A DNA stretch of 64,000 nt from Chlorokybus atmophyticus (taxonomy: Eukaryota; Plantae; Mesostigma and Chlorokybus algae). The stretch is taken from the NCBI GenBank assembly GCA_009103225.1, contig RHPI01000733.1, forward strand, positions 109,148-173,147, in the 5' to 3' direction. A model generated the notes under the pieces. It saw only the letters and a program-made list of their open reading frames with translations. It did not search any database and was not told the DNA's origin. How positions within the stretch are numbered: position 1 is the stretch's first letter; each line of letters starts with the position of its first letter. Below are positions 1-14,229 of the stretch, piece after piece. Made by a program: the position numbers and the translations under genes.

Positions 1-29
1 GACACACACACACACGCACACACACACAG

Positions 30-1674
30 GGTTCCGCTGGCGTCCTCATCTCCCGCGACGCCGGCGAGTCGTGGGACCCCCCTCGTGGCGCCGTCCAGCT
101 GCCGTACACCTGGCTCATCGAGAATACGGTGGTGGAGTTGCATGGGGGGGTCATCGCCATGTTCTTCAGGACGTACAAGGTGAGTGTGTGTTGCTGGGTG
201 GGTGGGTGGGTGAGTGGGTGGGTAAGTGTGCACGTACATGCGTATGAACATGTGTGCGTGCGCGTGCGTGTGGGTGTCAGCACTGATAGTGCTGACTACT
301 ACTGTCGATACTGTTAACACTGCTACTAGTTCTGCTGCCACCACTACAAGCTTGTCTCTCCTTCACTATTCAACTATGACTAGTAGATATTACTACCACT
401 GCTACTAACACTAGCAGTAGTCGGTCAAGTGGTATAACTATCACTGATGCTATAACTGATGCTAGTTTCACCATGGTCATAGTGGCAGTGGTCTGCCACT
501 GTGACCATTTCTGTAGTGTCACTCTTACTAGCAGCAGCGGTAGCACTACTGCTAGTAGTCTAATGCTACTTCAACGACTAATATCAGTACCGTAGTACTG
601 TAGCAGTTGTCTACTCCTCACTACTCCTGTTGGCTGCAACTCCTTGCCCTCTCCTAACTCCCCTCTCCCCCCCCTCCCCCCCAGGGCTTCATCTACCAGT
701 CCTTCTCCTCCGACACCGGCCTCACCTGGTCCCCCGCGGAACCGACGTCCTTGGCGAACCCGGACGCCAAGATACACGCGATGCGGATGTCGGAGGGGAG
801 CGTCGCCATGGCGTGAGTCAACAAAACCACGCGCATGTGTGCATGATAAAATGCATCCACACCCACCCACCCACCCACCCACACGTACACATGCACAGAT
901 GAATGGACACTTGCGCACACGTGTAGGTATGCACATATGCGCGCATGAGCGCACCCACACGTACATGGCCTGCGCACGGGCATGCATGTGCACACGCACG
1001 TGCATGCCCGCACGCGTAAGTTCAGCAAACAAGCTTCATTGCTCAATTTATACCTCCAGGTGCAGGGTGGTTTGTCAGCAGTGGAATGTGACCTTTGTGC
1101 TTTGTTAGTGCACCCGGCCTTCATTTACCGTTCCTGTGGACAGTGTTGACACTGTCGGGGCGTACCTGTATGCAGGTTCAACAACCATCAGAAGCTGCAT
1201 TCAACAGCCTGCCCCAAATGCCGCACAGCACTCCAGGTGGGTTGGGGAATAACTCTCGCAAACCAAAACACACAATGCAGCTGATACATCAGCCAGGCAA
1301 TACAGTCGTGCCATTGTTGTTGTTGTTGTTGTTGCTGTGTTGATCATGCTTATCATCTTCGTCATTGTTATCAGGTGGCAGTGAGTGCTGACGACAGGTT
1401 AGACTCATGGCGCACGCTCGCCCACATAGAGGACACCGTAGACCCAGGACTACGCGTACACTACCCCACAATGCTACAGGTAAGAGAGACGCATTTCCAA
1501 ACCAACCAATCACACACTCACTCTCTCATGCAGGTCGGTTGTTCCCTCCTGGTTGCCTACTCCCAGTTCTACCACCCCGCCTACGCCAACGGTTCCGTCG
1601 CGCTCGAGCCAGGGATCAGGCTGGCGGTGGTGCCGTTGCAGGCGGGGGGAGGGGGGCACCTATCACGGACTTAA
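30..1674 (+). CDS. BNR/Asp-box repeat (exo-alpha-sialidase/GH33-like beta-propeller) protein, 3' exons; 5' end lies outside the window
   Basis: Five GT-AG exons splice in frame: 30-179, 685-812, 1176-1236, 1375-1479, 1534-1674. They give Asp-box motifs SRDAGESW and SSDTGLTW, then LANPDAKI, AFNNH..RTALQVAVS..W..E..HYPTMLQ and LLVAYS..GIRLAVVPL, typical of BNR_2 sialidase-like proteins. Confidence 0.8.
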
Positions 1675-2081
1675 TGTGTGTGTTGAAGGAGGGGGCAGGT
1701 TGTATCTGAATGGGTGTTGGTGTTTGCTTGGGTGTGCATCCGCGTGTGCGTGCGCATGAGTGTGCGCGTATGGGCATAGAAGCATGCTTGCACGTGCATC
1801 TGGTGTGATGCGCGTGCACACACCTGCCTACCATCTTTAATACCTTACATGAGCAACTTGCATAACAAACTACCAGTTGCAGAGAGCAGCAGCGTCATTA
1901 GCACCAGCACCATCCTCACGACCATAATGACCCTTATTTCCATACCCACCCTCATCCATATCACCACCACCGCCCTCACAGATACATTCGTATTTACAAT
2001 ACTTACCAAAGCATACAACAAAAACCCCAGCCTTAGTAACTACTTGACATCCTCCGCCGCATTGACACAAAACACCTATCA

Positions 2082-5000
2082 TCAGAACCCCCTCACGTTG
2101 GGGTCCCGCACGATCTCCATCACCCGCACCAACACCTCCTGCGCCGTCCCCACGCTCATCACGACGCCGAAGCTGCCGTGCGCGCACTCTCGGGAAACAG
2201 CCTCCAACTTGTGTTGCAGAGGGAGGAGCCAGTGCTGGAGGGCGAGATCGAGGGCTGGGGGGTTCCTTAACCTTGAGCGGTCCGTGCCATCTGTAAGTAC
2301 AATTGGGATTCGGTTGGGTTGGTTGAGTTGTGGTCATATGGACTACGTATAGCAAACAGATGGCTGTTTTACGACAAGTGGCTTGATCAACACCTGCATT
2401 AGCATTACATACAAGAGCATTCAGAGTACGGTCGTCAGTTGTGTCCGCGCGCGTGTGCGTGTGCCTGTGAGTACCTGCTGCTTCCCTCAGCAGGATGAAA
2501 CGGTAGAAGTTCAATGCCGCAATCACCTGGTGATTGATCCATATCCATAAACATGAACACAAACATCATCACAACAAATAATCAACCACAAGCATGTACT
2601 TGTAAATGAAACCAGTATTTCCCTCACCTTATCCAAGTCGTCCGGCAAGTCCACATCAACCAACGCGGGCGCCAACAACTTTATCGACGTGTCTTCGCCG
2701 CCAAAAGCCGAGACGCTTCCACTCAACTACCAGGACACACAACACACATAATGACATCACCACATCAGATGCAACATTGTCACCAACACCTTACTTAAAG
2801 AAGTCTCATAATCACCACTATCAACTGTACTACATGTTGATGCCAAAGTTACAGTAACTATATGAACATCTTGTCTTATGAAGGTAAGGCCACACTTACT
2901 GGAATTGCACTCCATGCGCGGGCAGTCTCATCCTTTGCGTACTTTATTAAAAGCGCCACCTGATTGGTAAATGTTCTGTGTGTTTGTGTGCTTTCCACAT
3001 TGCATGAACATAAAGATGGCCCCAAGCCAGGCGACGTATTCATAGTCACCAGTAACACTACTTACCACAGCAGGGAAAGGGCACACTCCGATGAAACATT
3101 GCAGTAACTTGAATTTTGACTGCGAGTTCAGCGCGTCCAAAACCTGTGTGTTGACCCACAAACTGTCACAACACAACACAGCATTACATATGCATACTCT
3201 CTTGCTCACTTGGCAGAAAGCGGCGTGTGCCGCCGCACGTATGGACTGGTCGGGAACTGTTGCCATTATTGACGCCAAATCCTGCACATGAAGCACGCTC
3301 TGTATCTGTTGTGAGCAACACATGTGGCGTATGGTGACCAGCATGGTGGGTGTGGCGCTTCGTATAGGTATATAGATTTAGCGACACAACAGATACGCAC
3401 ACGCATGCCCGATCACATAGACATGTGTTTACACGCACTTGGATACAGATACACGTGTAGACACACACACAGGCACACATGCGCGTGCGCGCACAACAAC
3501 AACAACAGCAGCAGCAGCAGCAGCAGCAATAACACTCACCTGCAGCACCCCAACAATGTCTTCAGCCCACTCCCACGCGTCTTTCCCGCTCCTCTCAGCA
3601 GCCGTCGCAACCAGCCTCACGCCGTCACACATCGTCTCATTACTCCCCGACATCAACGTACTCGCAGCACCCAACACTGCTCGCCAATCAACTTTTTTGC
3701 TGCTGTTGTTGATGTTGTTGTTGATGATGTTGCATAGGATTGCGTATAAGGCTCGGGCGGCTCCCATTCGTAACCGCAGGGTAGCAGACTCGTTATAGTC
3801 ATCACCTTCACCATCATCTTCACCATCTTCATTCACACCTTCATCTATTTCGACATTGTTGGGTGTGTGGTCGTGTGGTTGTGAGGCTTTTGTGTGTATG
3901 TTGAGGAGGGTGTCTGCGATATCGCTACCAATGCAGCAGCGCGATATCAGCGCGAGGTCGGGCGTGTTGGCGTGCCAGACCTGAGAGGTGGTACAGATGC
4001 GGTGATGACAACCTTTGTTGTGTGGGATGCGCCAACAGCAATGGTGGTGATGGTAATAACACTACGAAGACATGGTTTACCAGGGATTGAAGGGTGAATT
4101 TGAGCAGTGAGGTGCGCACCAGCTTGGCATCTTCTTGCTCTGACCACTAAGAGAAAGAAATCAAAGGGAGTCAAGAATATGAGTGTTGTGGTATGCACAC
4201 ATGCACACATGCGCACACTTGGACACGCACGTGCGCACTCGGACACACTCACGCCAGCACCACATATGCACACACGCGCGCAGGTACACGCACATATAGG
4301 CGTGTATTCGCACAGACACGCGCACACTAACATCCGCACTCATGCACAAACGTGACCACGCACACGCACGCACACGCGCACATATGTGCATGTGCGGTTT
4401 GGACATCAGCATGCACATATGCGCGCGTGCATACTGACGTCCTTATACACAAGGCCACGCTTAGGCCCCCCAATGCACACACGCACACCCACACGGCACA
4501 TTTCATCCACGCACCTGCCTTGCAAGTAGACTCTCCACCAATCCCCTCTCCGCATCCTTCAACTTCTCCAACTTGGTGACATCCTCATCCTCGATATCAC
4601 TCAGCACTGCCTCAGCGGCACGATCCACTGCTGATAACGCCTCGGAGATGAACACTGGCGCTCGCCTTGATATCCGCGCGAGCACGACGCCGAGAGCGGA
4701 TATCAGGATGGAGAGGGAGGATGTCGACCGAGTGGGGCCGACTGCCAGAGCCTGTGATGGAGAGGTGGAGTTGATATCGGTGAGAAAGCGGTAGTTGTAC
4801 TACATGCGTGTCTGACTGAGGCACATGCATACGTGTGCCAGCTTCAGACGGGTGGCATGTGTGTGTGTGTGTGTGCATGTATATTTATTGGTGCAAACGA
4901 CATTAACTGCTGCGCGCATGTGTGCATGTATCACCCATGCATACGTGCGCACTCGCACGCAAGTCTTTAACACGATACTAACACAATTGACAAAGCTCGA

Positions 5001-5423
5001 TAGATGCGTAGAGCCACTACGGCACGCATACACGCACGCACATGTACATGCACAGTGCGTGCGTGCGTGCGTGCGTGCATGCGTGGATACGTGTGTATGC
5101 GAGCGTATGTATGCATGTGCATGTGAGTGCGCGCGCGCGCGCGCGCGCACTATCACCTGCATCAGCATGGCATACACCTCCTTCGCATTCCCCACCCTGG
5201 CCACCCTCGTAACCGCAGTCCCCGCCACATCTGCACGTTGCAACAAAGCCTCTTGTGCTCGCCACGGCAGGCCGGCGAGAGCGTCATCATTGAGGGCGTC
5301 GGTGAGAGCGGTGATACGGGAGATGTTGGAGGTGGGGTCGGTGAGAACGGCGATGAGAGCGTCGCCGATGTCGCTGCTGTCATTGTCGGCATCATCTGCT
5401 GAGTTGGGGTCGCCTCCCTCCAT
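2082..5423 (-). CDS. ALF4: ALF4 / glomulin-family protein (aberrant lateral root formation 4-like), multi-exon
   Basis: Exons with canonical splice sites encode ...ARVGNAKEVYAMLMQ, ...VVLARISRRAPVFISEAL, NHQVIAALNFYRFILLREAAG and LQHWLLPLQHKLE...EVLVRVMEIVRD, which match the plant ALF4 C-terminal motifs (ALNLYRF.L.TES; WLLPLR). The start codon is uncertain because upstream exons are possible. Confidence 0.75.
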
Positions 5424-7070
5424 GGCCTGACGTGTGTGTACGCCTGCATCATCAACACATCCGCGTGTGTGTGTGCGGGGGGGCATGTGTTGCATCGGTC
5501 AAGTGTGTTTCTTGCTTGTTCTCACACGTACTCTTCTCTTATGTTTGCATGTGTACATATGCATGATACAGAGATACACTGAATGGGTGCATTCTATGGC
5601 TGAGAGTGGAAGGAACGCAAGTATGGAAGCAGTGTTACAGAAGGAAAGTTGTGAAGTTAATGGCAACAAGCCTTTACACACCAACACACCGAGTTTTGCA
5701 ATGCTACAACTCAGAAACAGCTCCAACAACCGATCACGCCAAAGTATCAGCAGTGCAAAGCACAAAGCACAACAAACACAAACACAAAGTCTCAAACACG
5801 CCCAGTGACTCATTCAAGCATTTACTCGTTCACTCACTCACTCACTCACTTACGGGTCAAAGGCAATAACGCGTCAGCAGCAGACGCCGCCTCCTCAGCC
5901 TCCGTCACTAACAAACAAACTCAACGAATGCTGCTACCGCCGCCGCCGCCGCTGCCGCCGCTAAACTCTTCTCCGCAATGTCAATGCTGCTGATGGTGAT
6001 GCCAACATTGGTGCGCATGCAGCTAGCGGCGGCGGCGGCGGCGGCGGTAGCCTTGTCTTTGTCGTTGCCGTTGTCCGTTTCCATGGTCATTTCCCTCGCT
6101 GTGGTTCCGGCTGTGGTGGTTGCTGAAACGGGCATGCACAACGACACAATGCTGGTTGCTGAAGTGAAGATGAATGCGCTGAATGGGGTTATTGTGTGTA
6201 TTGTGGCGTGATTTGTTTGCGTACGTACAATGCGGATCAGGGGTGCGCATGCATTGCGAAGAATAACATCACACGCCAACCATCATCACTTCATGTTCAC
6301 CATCGGGCTTTACAACTACTTCACTCTTTTACTGTAATTGTAGCACCACCGCTGTACAAAAGATGCAAGAGGGAATTCGTGTGTGCATATGACAATTGAG
6401 CTGACTTACTAGGTGTCTCATCAGCATGAGACTTGGTACTGCATGTACCACACGCGCAAAGCATTGTTTGGGAACAGACAGTAAAGCAGTGAGATGTGTT
6501 CTTTGGATTTTAAATCAATCGTTGAACTTTGAGAACATAGAGTGAGACACGGTGATTAGGGTCAAAGTGATTATGCGCATGTGCGTGCACATGTGCGCAT
6601 ACACGTTGCAGTGTCCAGTTCAATGTGTGCATCACACGCATGTCGCATTGGCGTAAGTAGACAAAACCTGAGCAATCTAATTGTAACGACAGCGGCGGTG
6701 ACAACACCGATACAGAAACACCAGGAGTAAGTTGCACCAACCACTACCATATGCCATAAGTTGTATCCTATGCACATTGCAACTTCAATGCAGTGTTGCA
6801 ACAACACACACTGCACATGTTGGCACACTCTTTACCTGAGAGGCACAACCACAGGGTGTAGACAGACATTCACAACAAGCAGAGGCAGCTCATCTCATCA
6901 CGTCAAAATTCACTCCACATTGACACAGTTTAAAACCGCACAACCTCTCTGTCTACGCGCGCACACATATCCATTCAGGGCGATACTGCATCACCCACCC
7001 ACCCAACATATATCTACCTATCCCTTGCATAACCCACTTCTACAGACCCATACACCTCCAGCCCCCACAC

Positions 7071-10000
7071 TCACGGCGTGGCCCTTGCCAATATATCCTC
7101 CACCAGCTCTTCCGTCAACTTCCCACTCTTCTGAAACCCTCTCATATGCACAATCGGCTCGCACCCTTTGTCCGCCACACTCCCTCCCTCCCCACCCTCC
7201 CCGACACTCCCATACACCTCCGGCACATACCCACTCAACATCCCTTCCCCGGGTGTCCCGATCCTCCCCACCACTTTGATCAAAGCCTCCAAAGTGTTCA
7301 TCTTCATGTACGGGCAGGAGGCGCATCCTCCTTCTGACGAACAGCCCTCGCCGCCGGCTGGACCCGGGATGATGGATAAGCCCTGGAAGGAGAGTTGTGG
7401 GGATGTGGCGGAGGTTGTCGTGATGGAGTCTGAGTTGACGGGGAAGACGATCTCTACTTGGATGGAGGGGGAGGAAGGGTGAGAGAGCTTGGCTTGCTGG
7501 AGGAGAGACTGCGGGGGAGAGAAGAGTAAGAGAGAGAATAATGTAGGGGTGAAGTAACGAGTGTTTACAAGACTAAAATTGACAGCCAGACACTCTGAAC
7601 GTGTAACAAAATGCGTATCAAACAACTGTAATGTGAGATGCATGCAGGAAGGACGATGCGTGCGCGCACGCACGCATGGACGTGTGTCTATGTATGCATG
7701 CATCCCACACAGCACAACATACAACACACCCAACAACTCGATTCATGACATGCAACACGCGCAATTGTGTTATCACAAAGGCGTCTCCAAGCACACCAAC
7801 ACACACCAACTCACAATCAACAACTCCCCATCATCCTCACCTGCACTCGTCTCACGATGGCCGTGAGCATCCCCGACTCCGTCCCCAGCACGAACGTCAG
7901 CTTATCGTCAAAGTCCCTCTCCAGCGCGTCTCTGGTCTTCTCGGTGATGAAGTCGAGGATGTTGCTCGTGCTGCCCACAACGCCCATACCGCGGGCGCGG
8001 GCCTCCATGGCCAGAGAAAACATCCCGCCGGGCACCTGTTGGGTACATAAGTTATTTTATAGTAGCATGTGTGCGTGTACACACACACGCGCGAGCATAT
8101 GCACCCACACGACTTTGGTGTGCGCGTATACACACATATGCGCATGCATGCGTGCCTGTGCATGTGTGTACATGAGCGCGCATGCGTGTGAGCGTATACA
8201 CGCGTGCGTGCGCGCGTGCGCGCAAGAGAAGCATCCCTCTTACCTCAAAGTGGGCCGCTTGGTACGCATCTCCATAGGCGCTTCTCACCCTCTTGACCAC
8301 CTCCTCACCAAACATGTCATGGACGATACACACGCCCTCCTTGTAGTAATCATATCTCTCCAACAAGGACTTTAGCGATGTTGCGTCGTGACCCAACAAG
8401 TCATATTTCTCCCCCTCAACACCGCTCTCACTCGCCAGGCGCGTGAGGAGGTCCTTGATGTTGGCTCCCATGTAGGAGTCCGGGCCGTACCACACGTGCA
8501 AGTTGGGTATTTGCTTGAAAGCCGTGAGTATGGTTTGCACCACGTTGGAGGAGGTACACGTGATGGTGGGCATGATAGAGTGGGCGTGTGCTTTCGTGTC
8601 GAGCGCGGTGTTGATATATACAACATGTAGATGCGGGCCAGATACGTTGTCTTTGGCATGCTGTAACCACTCGATGTAGTTGTTTGTGCGCGCGGCGTCG
8701 GCGAGGGAACACGCAATGACGTCGTTGGACATGCGGTACACCTTGATGTCGGCGTGGCCGGCGCGGTCGAGGATGGCGCGCACGTTCTCAGCCATGAAGT
8801 CCACACCCAGGACGCAGATGGCCTGGCAGCCGCCCTCCTCAACCTGAGAAAGGGTGGACATGCGAGCAAGATGAGATGTGTGCGTGTTGTGCAGGTGCGT
8901 GTATTTACATGTGACTGGGCTACATACACGCACTATCAACCACTCTATGCAAGTGCACACGCAGCACGCGCGCATATGCAGGCGTGTGCACAGTGATCCA
9001 TGCCACATATGTCTGCATGAGCATGCGTGCAGACGTGCTTGTGCGCCACATCTGCAAACTTTAGCTTGCTTGTGCGCGTGTTCATGCAATGCGTGCGGTT
9101 CAATTACACGAGGACCAGCAGTTGTGAACGCAGTGTATGCTTTACTACCTGTCACACAACCCACAAACTACACACACAAGTCTCCAGCACACACACACAT
9201 GCACTACACACATCAGTCCAGCACAAATGCACACACGCACACACACCACCTCAGCATACCATCCTGAGTGCTGAGTCCGCCATCACCAGCGAGTCCGAGA
9301 CATGTATATGCGGATACACCTCCCTCGCGGAGGACAGCACGCCCTGCACTTCGGGTCCCATGTAGAAGTGGGCCACCACACCCGTGCGCTTGGAGGCGAG
9401 GAGGGACGCCAGCTGCTGGACTTGGGCCGGGTCGGGAGAGAGATATCTTGACTGGGAGGAAGTGGTACAGAGTGAGTAAAGGTAGAACGTGATATGGTTA
9501 TAAAGGCTTGAATGCAATATGTGTTTGAAGTTAGCATGCACGCACACCCACATACACACAGGTGTTTTATATGATATTTGTGGCCATGCACGTAGCAAAA
9601 AGCCCAATTATGCAGCCTATGGGCAATGCACTGTGTGTGCGAGCACACAGACACACACACACGCGAACACAAAAGCCCAGCTCACCTGTGCTTCCGCGAA
9701 CTCTCCCACAGGGCTGAGCTTGTCCGCTTCTATAACGAGGCTAGGGAACCTGGTACCCACATCGCCGCCGTCGCGGATGGCGCGCGCCTGACGGAGGATG
9801 GCGTCGGCGAGGGCGCGGGCGCCGCCGGAACGGGGGGAGGGGGAGAGGACCTGGTTGGACAGGAAGGGGGGTTGGTTGAGATGTGTATGCAAGTATCTGT
9901 GTGTACAAACACATATGCACGCATGCATGCGTATACGCTATATTCGCGCGCGCACGTGTGACTGTGAGTATAGAGTGCCCGCGAACACGTACCACCCTAC

Positions 10001-11326
10001 ACCCAAGCGCACACACACGCACGCATGCACGCACGCACATGTCTGCAAGAGTACTATCAACATGCATGTGTCTACATATGTGTGACTCAATATGGACAGA
10101 CATACGTACACGCGCGAACATATTACAGTCATCACACAACGGATTACAACTACTGAATTGTCCGCTTGTAGCTATGCCAAAAGGGTGTGCATACCTGCGG
10201 GGGGAGGGGGCCGAGGAGAGAGAGGAGTTCGGGGGCGGACATGGAGGCCACCTCTACTGGAGTGCGGCCTGTGAATGTGGAGCGAATTCATCAACAACCA
10301 CATCAGATGAGGTCACATTGGTGACTCAACTGGAACGTAGGAGACAATTGGTGTACATGTGATTGTTTGAACCAACAGCATCGTACCATACTCAGTGAGT
10401 GTGAGTCACGATTGTGTGTGTGATAGCTCACAGTTTGAGCACACGATGGTGTAGTTGTAATCAGTGGCGAACTATCTGACAGCGTGTTTTCTTTCATACA
10501 AATCAAGACACGACTACAATCACGTTTGAGACAACTCCTGCTCACATCGCTTTGGGTGTGATGCGCACCAAGTCCACATAACTTGATAACCAACACGCAA
10601 CACAGCTTTCCATGCCTACATGATACGCCTGTATCAAAGCAGCAGATATAGCAGATACAAGATCTTGCCAAGTCGCTGACATAATAAAAGGAAAGTTAAC
10701 AAGGCGTTCTGGACAACGCCGTGCGCTGCAAGAGGTTCAATCAACCGAAACCAATGCTGTACAGCAGCAAACTGTGCACACAGAACAATTGCGCAAACTA
10801 TTGACGCATACAAGCGTGTGCCACGCACAATCAACTCAAAACCCTGTTTACCTTGGCATGCTTTGGAGAGCAGGGTTCCTACTCCTCGGATGATATCTGA
10901 GTCTGAGTCTGCCCTAACATCAATCCCTCCCGTAGCCCGGTCGACCGAGCACCTCACCCACGTCCTTGCGGCGCATCCCGCCACGCGCCACGCCTCCGCC
11001 CTCTCCTGGTCCGACCAGGCCGGGGTCGACCGTCCCAAGGCCACCACCTCCGCCACAGCCGCGGCAGCGTCCTTGGGGATCCTTGTACCCTCCTTGACCG
11101 TGGCTACAGACACAGTCGCCGCACGCCTGCTGCCGCCCCTCCCCGAGGACGACGCCACCGCCACAGCCGGCACCCTCTGCTGCGGCGGCGGCTTCTTCTT
11201 CCCTCCCACGCTAATCGACTTCTTCCTCTGCTTGGCCTCATCGGCAGCAATCTCGACAGACCTCCCTACCCACGTCCCCCTCACAGCCCCGCTCAACGCT
11301 GCCGTCTCCATCGCCGCCGCCGCCAT
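7071..11326 (-). CDS. QS: Plastid quinolinate synthase with N-terminal SufE domain (SufE3/QS type), multi-exon
   Basis: An Ala/Ser/Arg-rich transit-like N-terminus is followed by the SufE motif RVAGCAARTWV..ADSDSDIIRG. NadA motifs follow: VVAHFYM.PEVQGVL, SDSLVMAD, LGVDFMAENVRAIL, CSLADAA, HVVYINTAL.TKA, TCTSSNVVQTI, YGPDSYMGANI, GVCIVHDMFG, GTESGM, SCPYMKMNTL. All three 4Fe-4S Cys are present. Confidence 0.95.
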
Positions 11327-14145
11327 CGCCGCCGTCGCTCCAGCCTGAGCCAAGACTTCAAGTGCATAAGCTGGACGCACGGCCAGAACGTGCGTGTGTG
11401 CTGGTACCGTACCGACTTGGACTCGACTCGACGCTCAGAGGCAGCCACGTCGCACGCGTCCCCTGCGGCTGCCACGTGCGAACTGATCTGGCTCAGCTGG
11501 TTCAGTGAGCCAATGTGTGGATGACGCGTTCTGAGGGCTCAGTGTCACCAGGCAAAAAATGATGATGTGAGCGGGTCATGAAGTGCGTTGTTGTTGCAGC
11601 ATTGGGTGCCTGTGCTTGTTGTTGGTGATGAAGCGAGTGGGAGGCTGGTGATGGAAGAGGACATGAGGATTTGTTGCTATCTGACGTATACGCAACCTGC
11701 CAGGCCGCAAGGTTATTGTAGGTGCATGCCCAAGTGACGACAAACACTGTGTATATGTAAGCCTGGGTTGCGCACATGGTGCATAAAACACCTTCATACA
11801 ATGCAACACCTCCAAGCTCAATAAAGACACAGATGTAGATAGATTGTATACAAAAGTAGCGCTTGGATGTGAGCGTGCGTCAGATGCATGCTGCACGCAT
11901 ACTCAAGGTTTTATTCAATCACAATAATAACCATATGCCAACTGTGCTGAGGCCAACGAGCCAGTTAGGAACATGCAAGTGCAAAGGCACATGCACATGA
12001 GTGCATGCACCTTACAGGGGGATGCATCAGTAGTCAACCACATGTGCGCGCAAGTGCATACGTGTGTATGTGTAACTACGTGCGAGTACACGCAGGCACA
12101 CACGCGCGCACCTCTTCATGTATGAGTTCACGTTTGTGCTTGCCTTCAAACACCTGCAGATACATAACTGACCTAACACACAAACACGCGCATCATTCCA
12201 GTTGTCCTCCATAACCACATGCCCTGGCACCAGGTCCATACCGTATGGTGGCCGACACCCTCCCAGCACCGACACCTACATCACCATCACCAATTTCAAC
12301 GCTCAACGACAGTCTTCGCCGCATGTGCCAATGGTGACCTCGTCCTCCGGCGCAGAGGACGCAACACAACTTCATAAGAGCATGAGGAGGCGCTCGTGGC
12401 GAATGTTGTGTCAACAGGCACTCGATGGCCACACAACTGCGCGCTGTCGGGCTGTGAGCAAGGGACAAGTGGATGTGTGAACGTGTGTGCATGGGTGTAG
12501 GTAGGTGTGGGTGGATGCGGGTGGGTGGCTGGTTTGGTAAGCGGGTGTGTGTGCGCAAAGTTGTGATGCACAACAAGGTGTGGACGGGGCCACTGTTGGT
12601 GGCGGACTGGGTGTTGAGTAACAAGCACATGTGCTGCGCTGTCATGGTCAGAACGATTTTACTTGGGGCTGGACCAGGCTGGAGGTTTTCTTGTTGTGTC
12701 GATTGTTGACAATGTTGCGTCGTTGCAGTGTGCGTGCTTGCATCGTCATGTTATGCAGTTGCAGGTGCTGCACCATGATGACACACCACACACGCACACT
12801 TGCCTCGTCCTGTATGGCATGATTGATTGGGATTGTGCCGGCGCGCATGGCGTCGCAAGTGATTGTCATTGGTAAGCGGGTAGGTTGTGAACGCACGTAT
12901 GCACCCGTATGCACGCACGCACACATGCGCGCACGCAGCGTCTCAGATGCATACGGCAACGTGAAAGATTGCCTCGCCAACAATCTATAACATATTTGTC
13001 CGCGTGCGCAAACTGTGTTGACTAAGCCTCTCCCCACACCAGGCACGTTGGCTGATGCAAATGGCTGATCTCTCCTTCTCTCTCTTCTCTTGGCATAAAC
13101 CACACAGTGCTTTCCCTCCCAATCAGGTGATGAGTTCAGCTGAAGTCAAGGCAATGCTGAGAGGCAGCATTAGTACCGGCGGCCGACGGAATACATGATG
13201 ACAAGTGTGGCCTGTGGCATTTGATTTGCATGTGTGCATTGGTGGGCCTTCAGCTAAGCACTCTCCACTACATATGTACAGATGTGCAGCATCTACTAGA
13301 CGTACTCGTACTACAGTGCACGCTGATCAACATGACGGTCACACTATCCACACACTCGTCGCTGACTGTGATGGTCACAGTCATACGCAGTCAGTCAATC
13401 AGTTTGCACACGCACTCACCCACAGACTACACACGCACACGCACGCACGTGCTCTACCATCGCTCACCTAGCGGACATCCGCCGCATCACCGCCGCCCCG
13501 TGCGCGCGCCTGCATCCAGTGTCGCCGGGCTGGCAGGTCTCCAGCGCGCAACAACAACAACAACAATGCTCGCGCCGTCGCCAGTACAGTGTACACATGT
13601 TTGCCTCGCAGTCGGGGACGCGGGAGGCACATGTACAAGCCCATTGTGGAGGTCATGTCTACTAGACACAGTGCAGTGCGTACCGCAGTCAGATGTCGTT
13701 CTCCGTTGCTAGCAATAGCAATGCACTGTACGCGCACACCGTGTGTCACACACGCGTGCTCTGTTCGGGACTGTAGATGTAATAGCATGGGAGAGGTGTC
13801 TACAGACAGAGCTCAATTGCAAGTTGGGTCTGGGCATGCAGTAACAGGAATGTGCTACCAAAGGGCACATGACCAACCCTAGTACCACTGCCAACTCAGC
13901 GGTTTTGGCAGGAACATGCGATGCAAGGATGCGGTCAATCTATGAGCTCGATGGATAATATGGACAGAGGTGCGGTCTACTGTTACTTGCAGAGCTTGCC
14001 AGCCAGCCATGCGTCATCGCTGTCGTCAAGCTGCGCGTCCCTGTAACACATGTTGGTAATTCGCCCGCAACCAAAGAGCTTGCACACCTGCAGCAGCGCA
14101 TGAGACGTGAGACGTGCATACATGTGTGCGCCGGTGCAGCTGGTC

Positions 14146-14174
14146 GGACTCTGCGCTCTCGCTCGCTCTCTCTC

Positions 14175-14209
<35 letters not shown>

Positions 14210-14225
14210 CGAGAGCGCAGAGTCC
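14146..14225. repeat. About 80-bp palindrome built of (CT)n-(AT)n-(AG)n microsatellites
   Basis: ggactctgcgctctcgctc...tatatatata...gagcgagagcgcagagtcc: the outer arms are exact reverse complements. Confidence 0.85.
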
Positions 14226-14229
14226 CACC

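Noticed and set aside
5499-6279. Minus-strand ORFs upstream of ALF4 as additional coding exons
   Set aside because: Low-complexity or atypical composition and no recognisable motif; may be UTR or intron.
9350-9365. QS motif MGPEV instead of the conserved MDPEV
   Set aside because: ATGGGACCCGAA versus ATGGACCCCGAA is explained by compensating homopolymer errors; not evidence of altered function.
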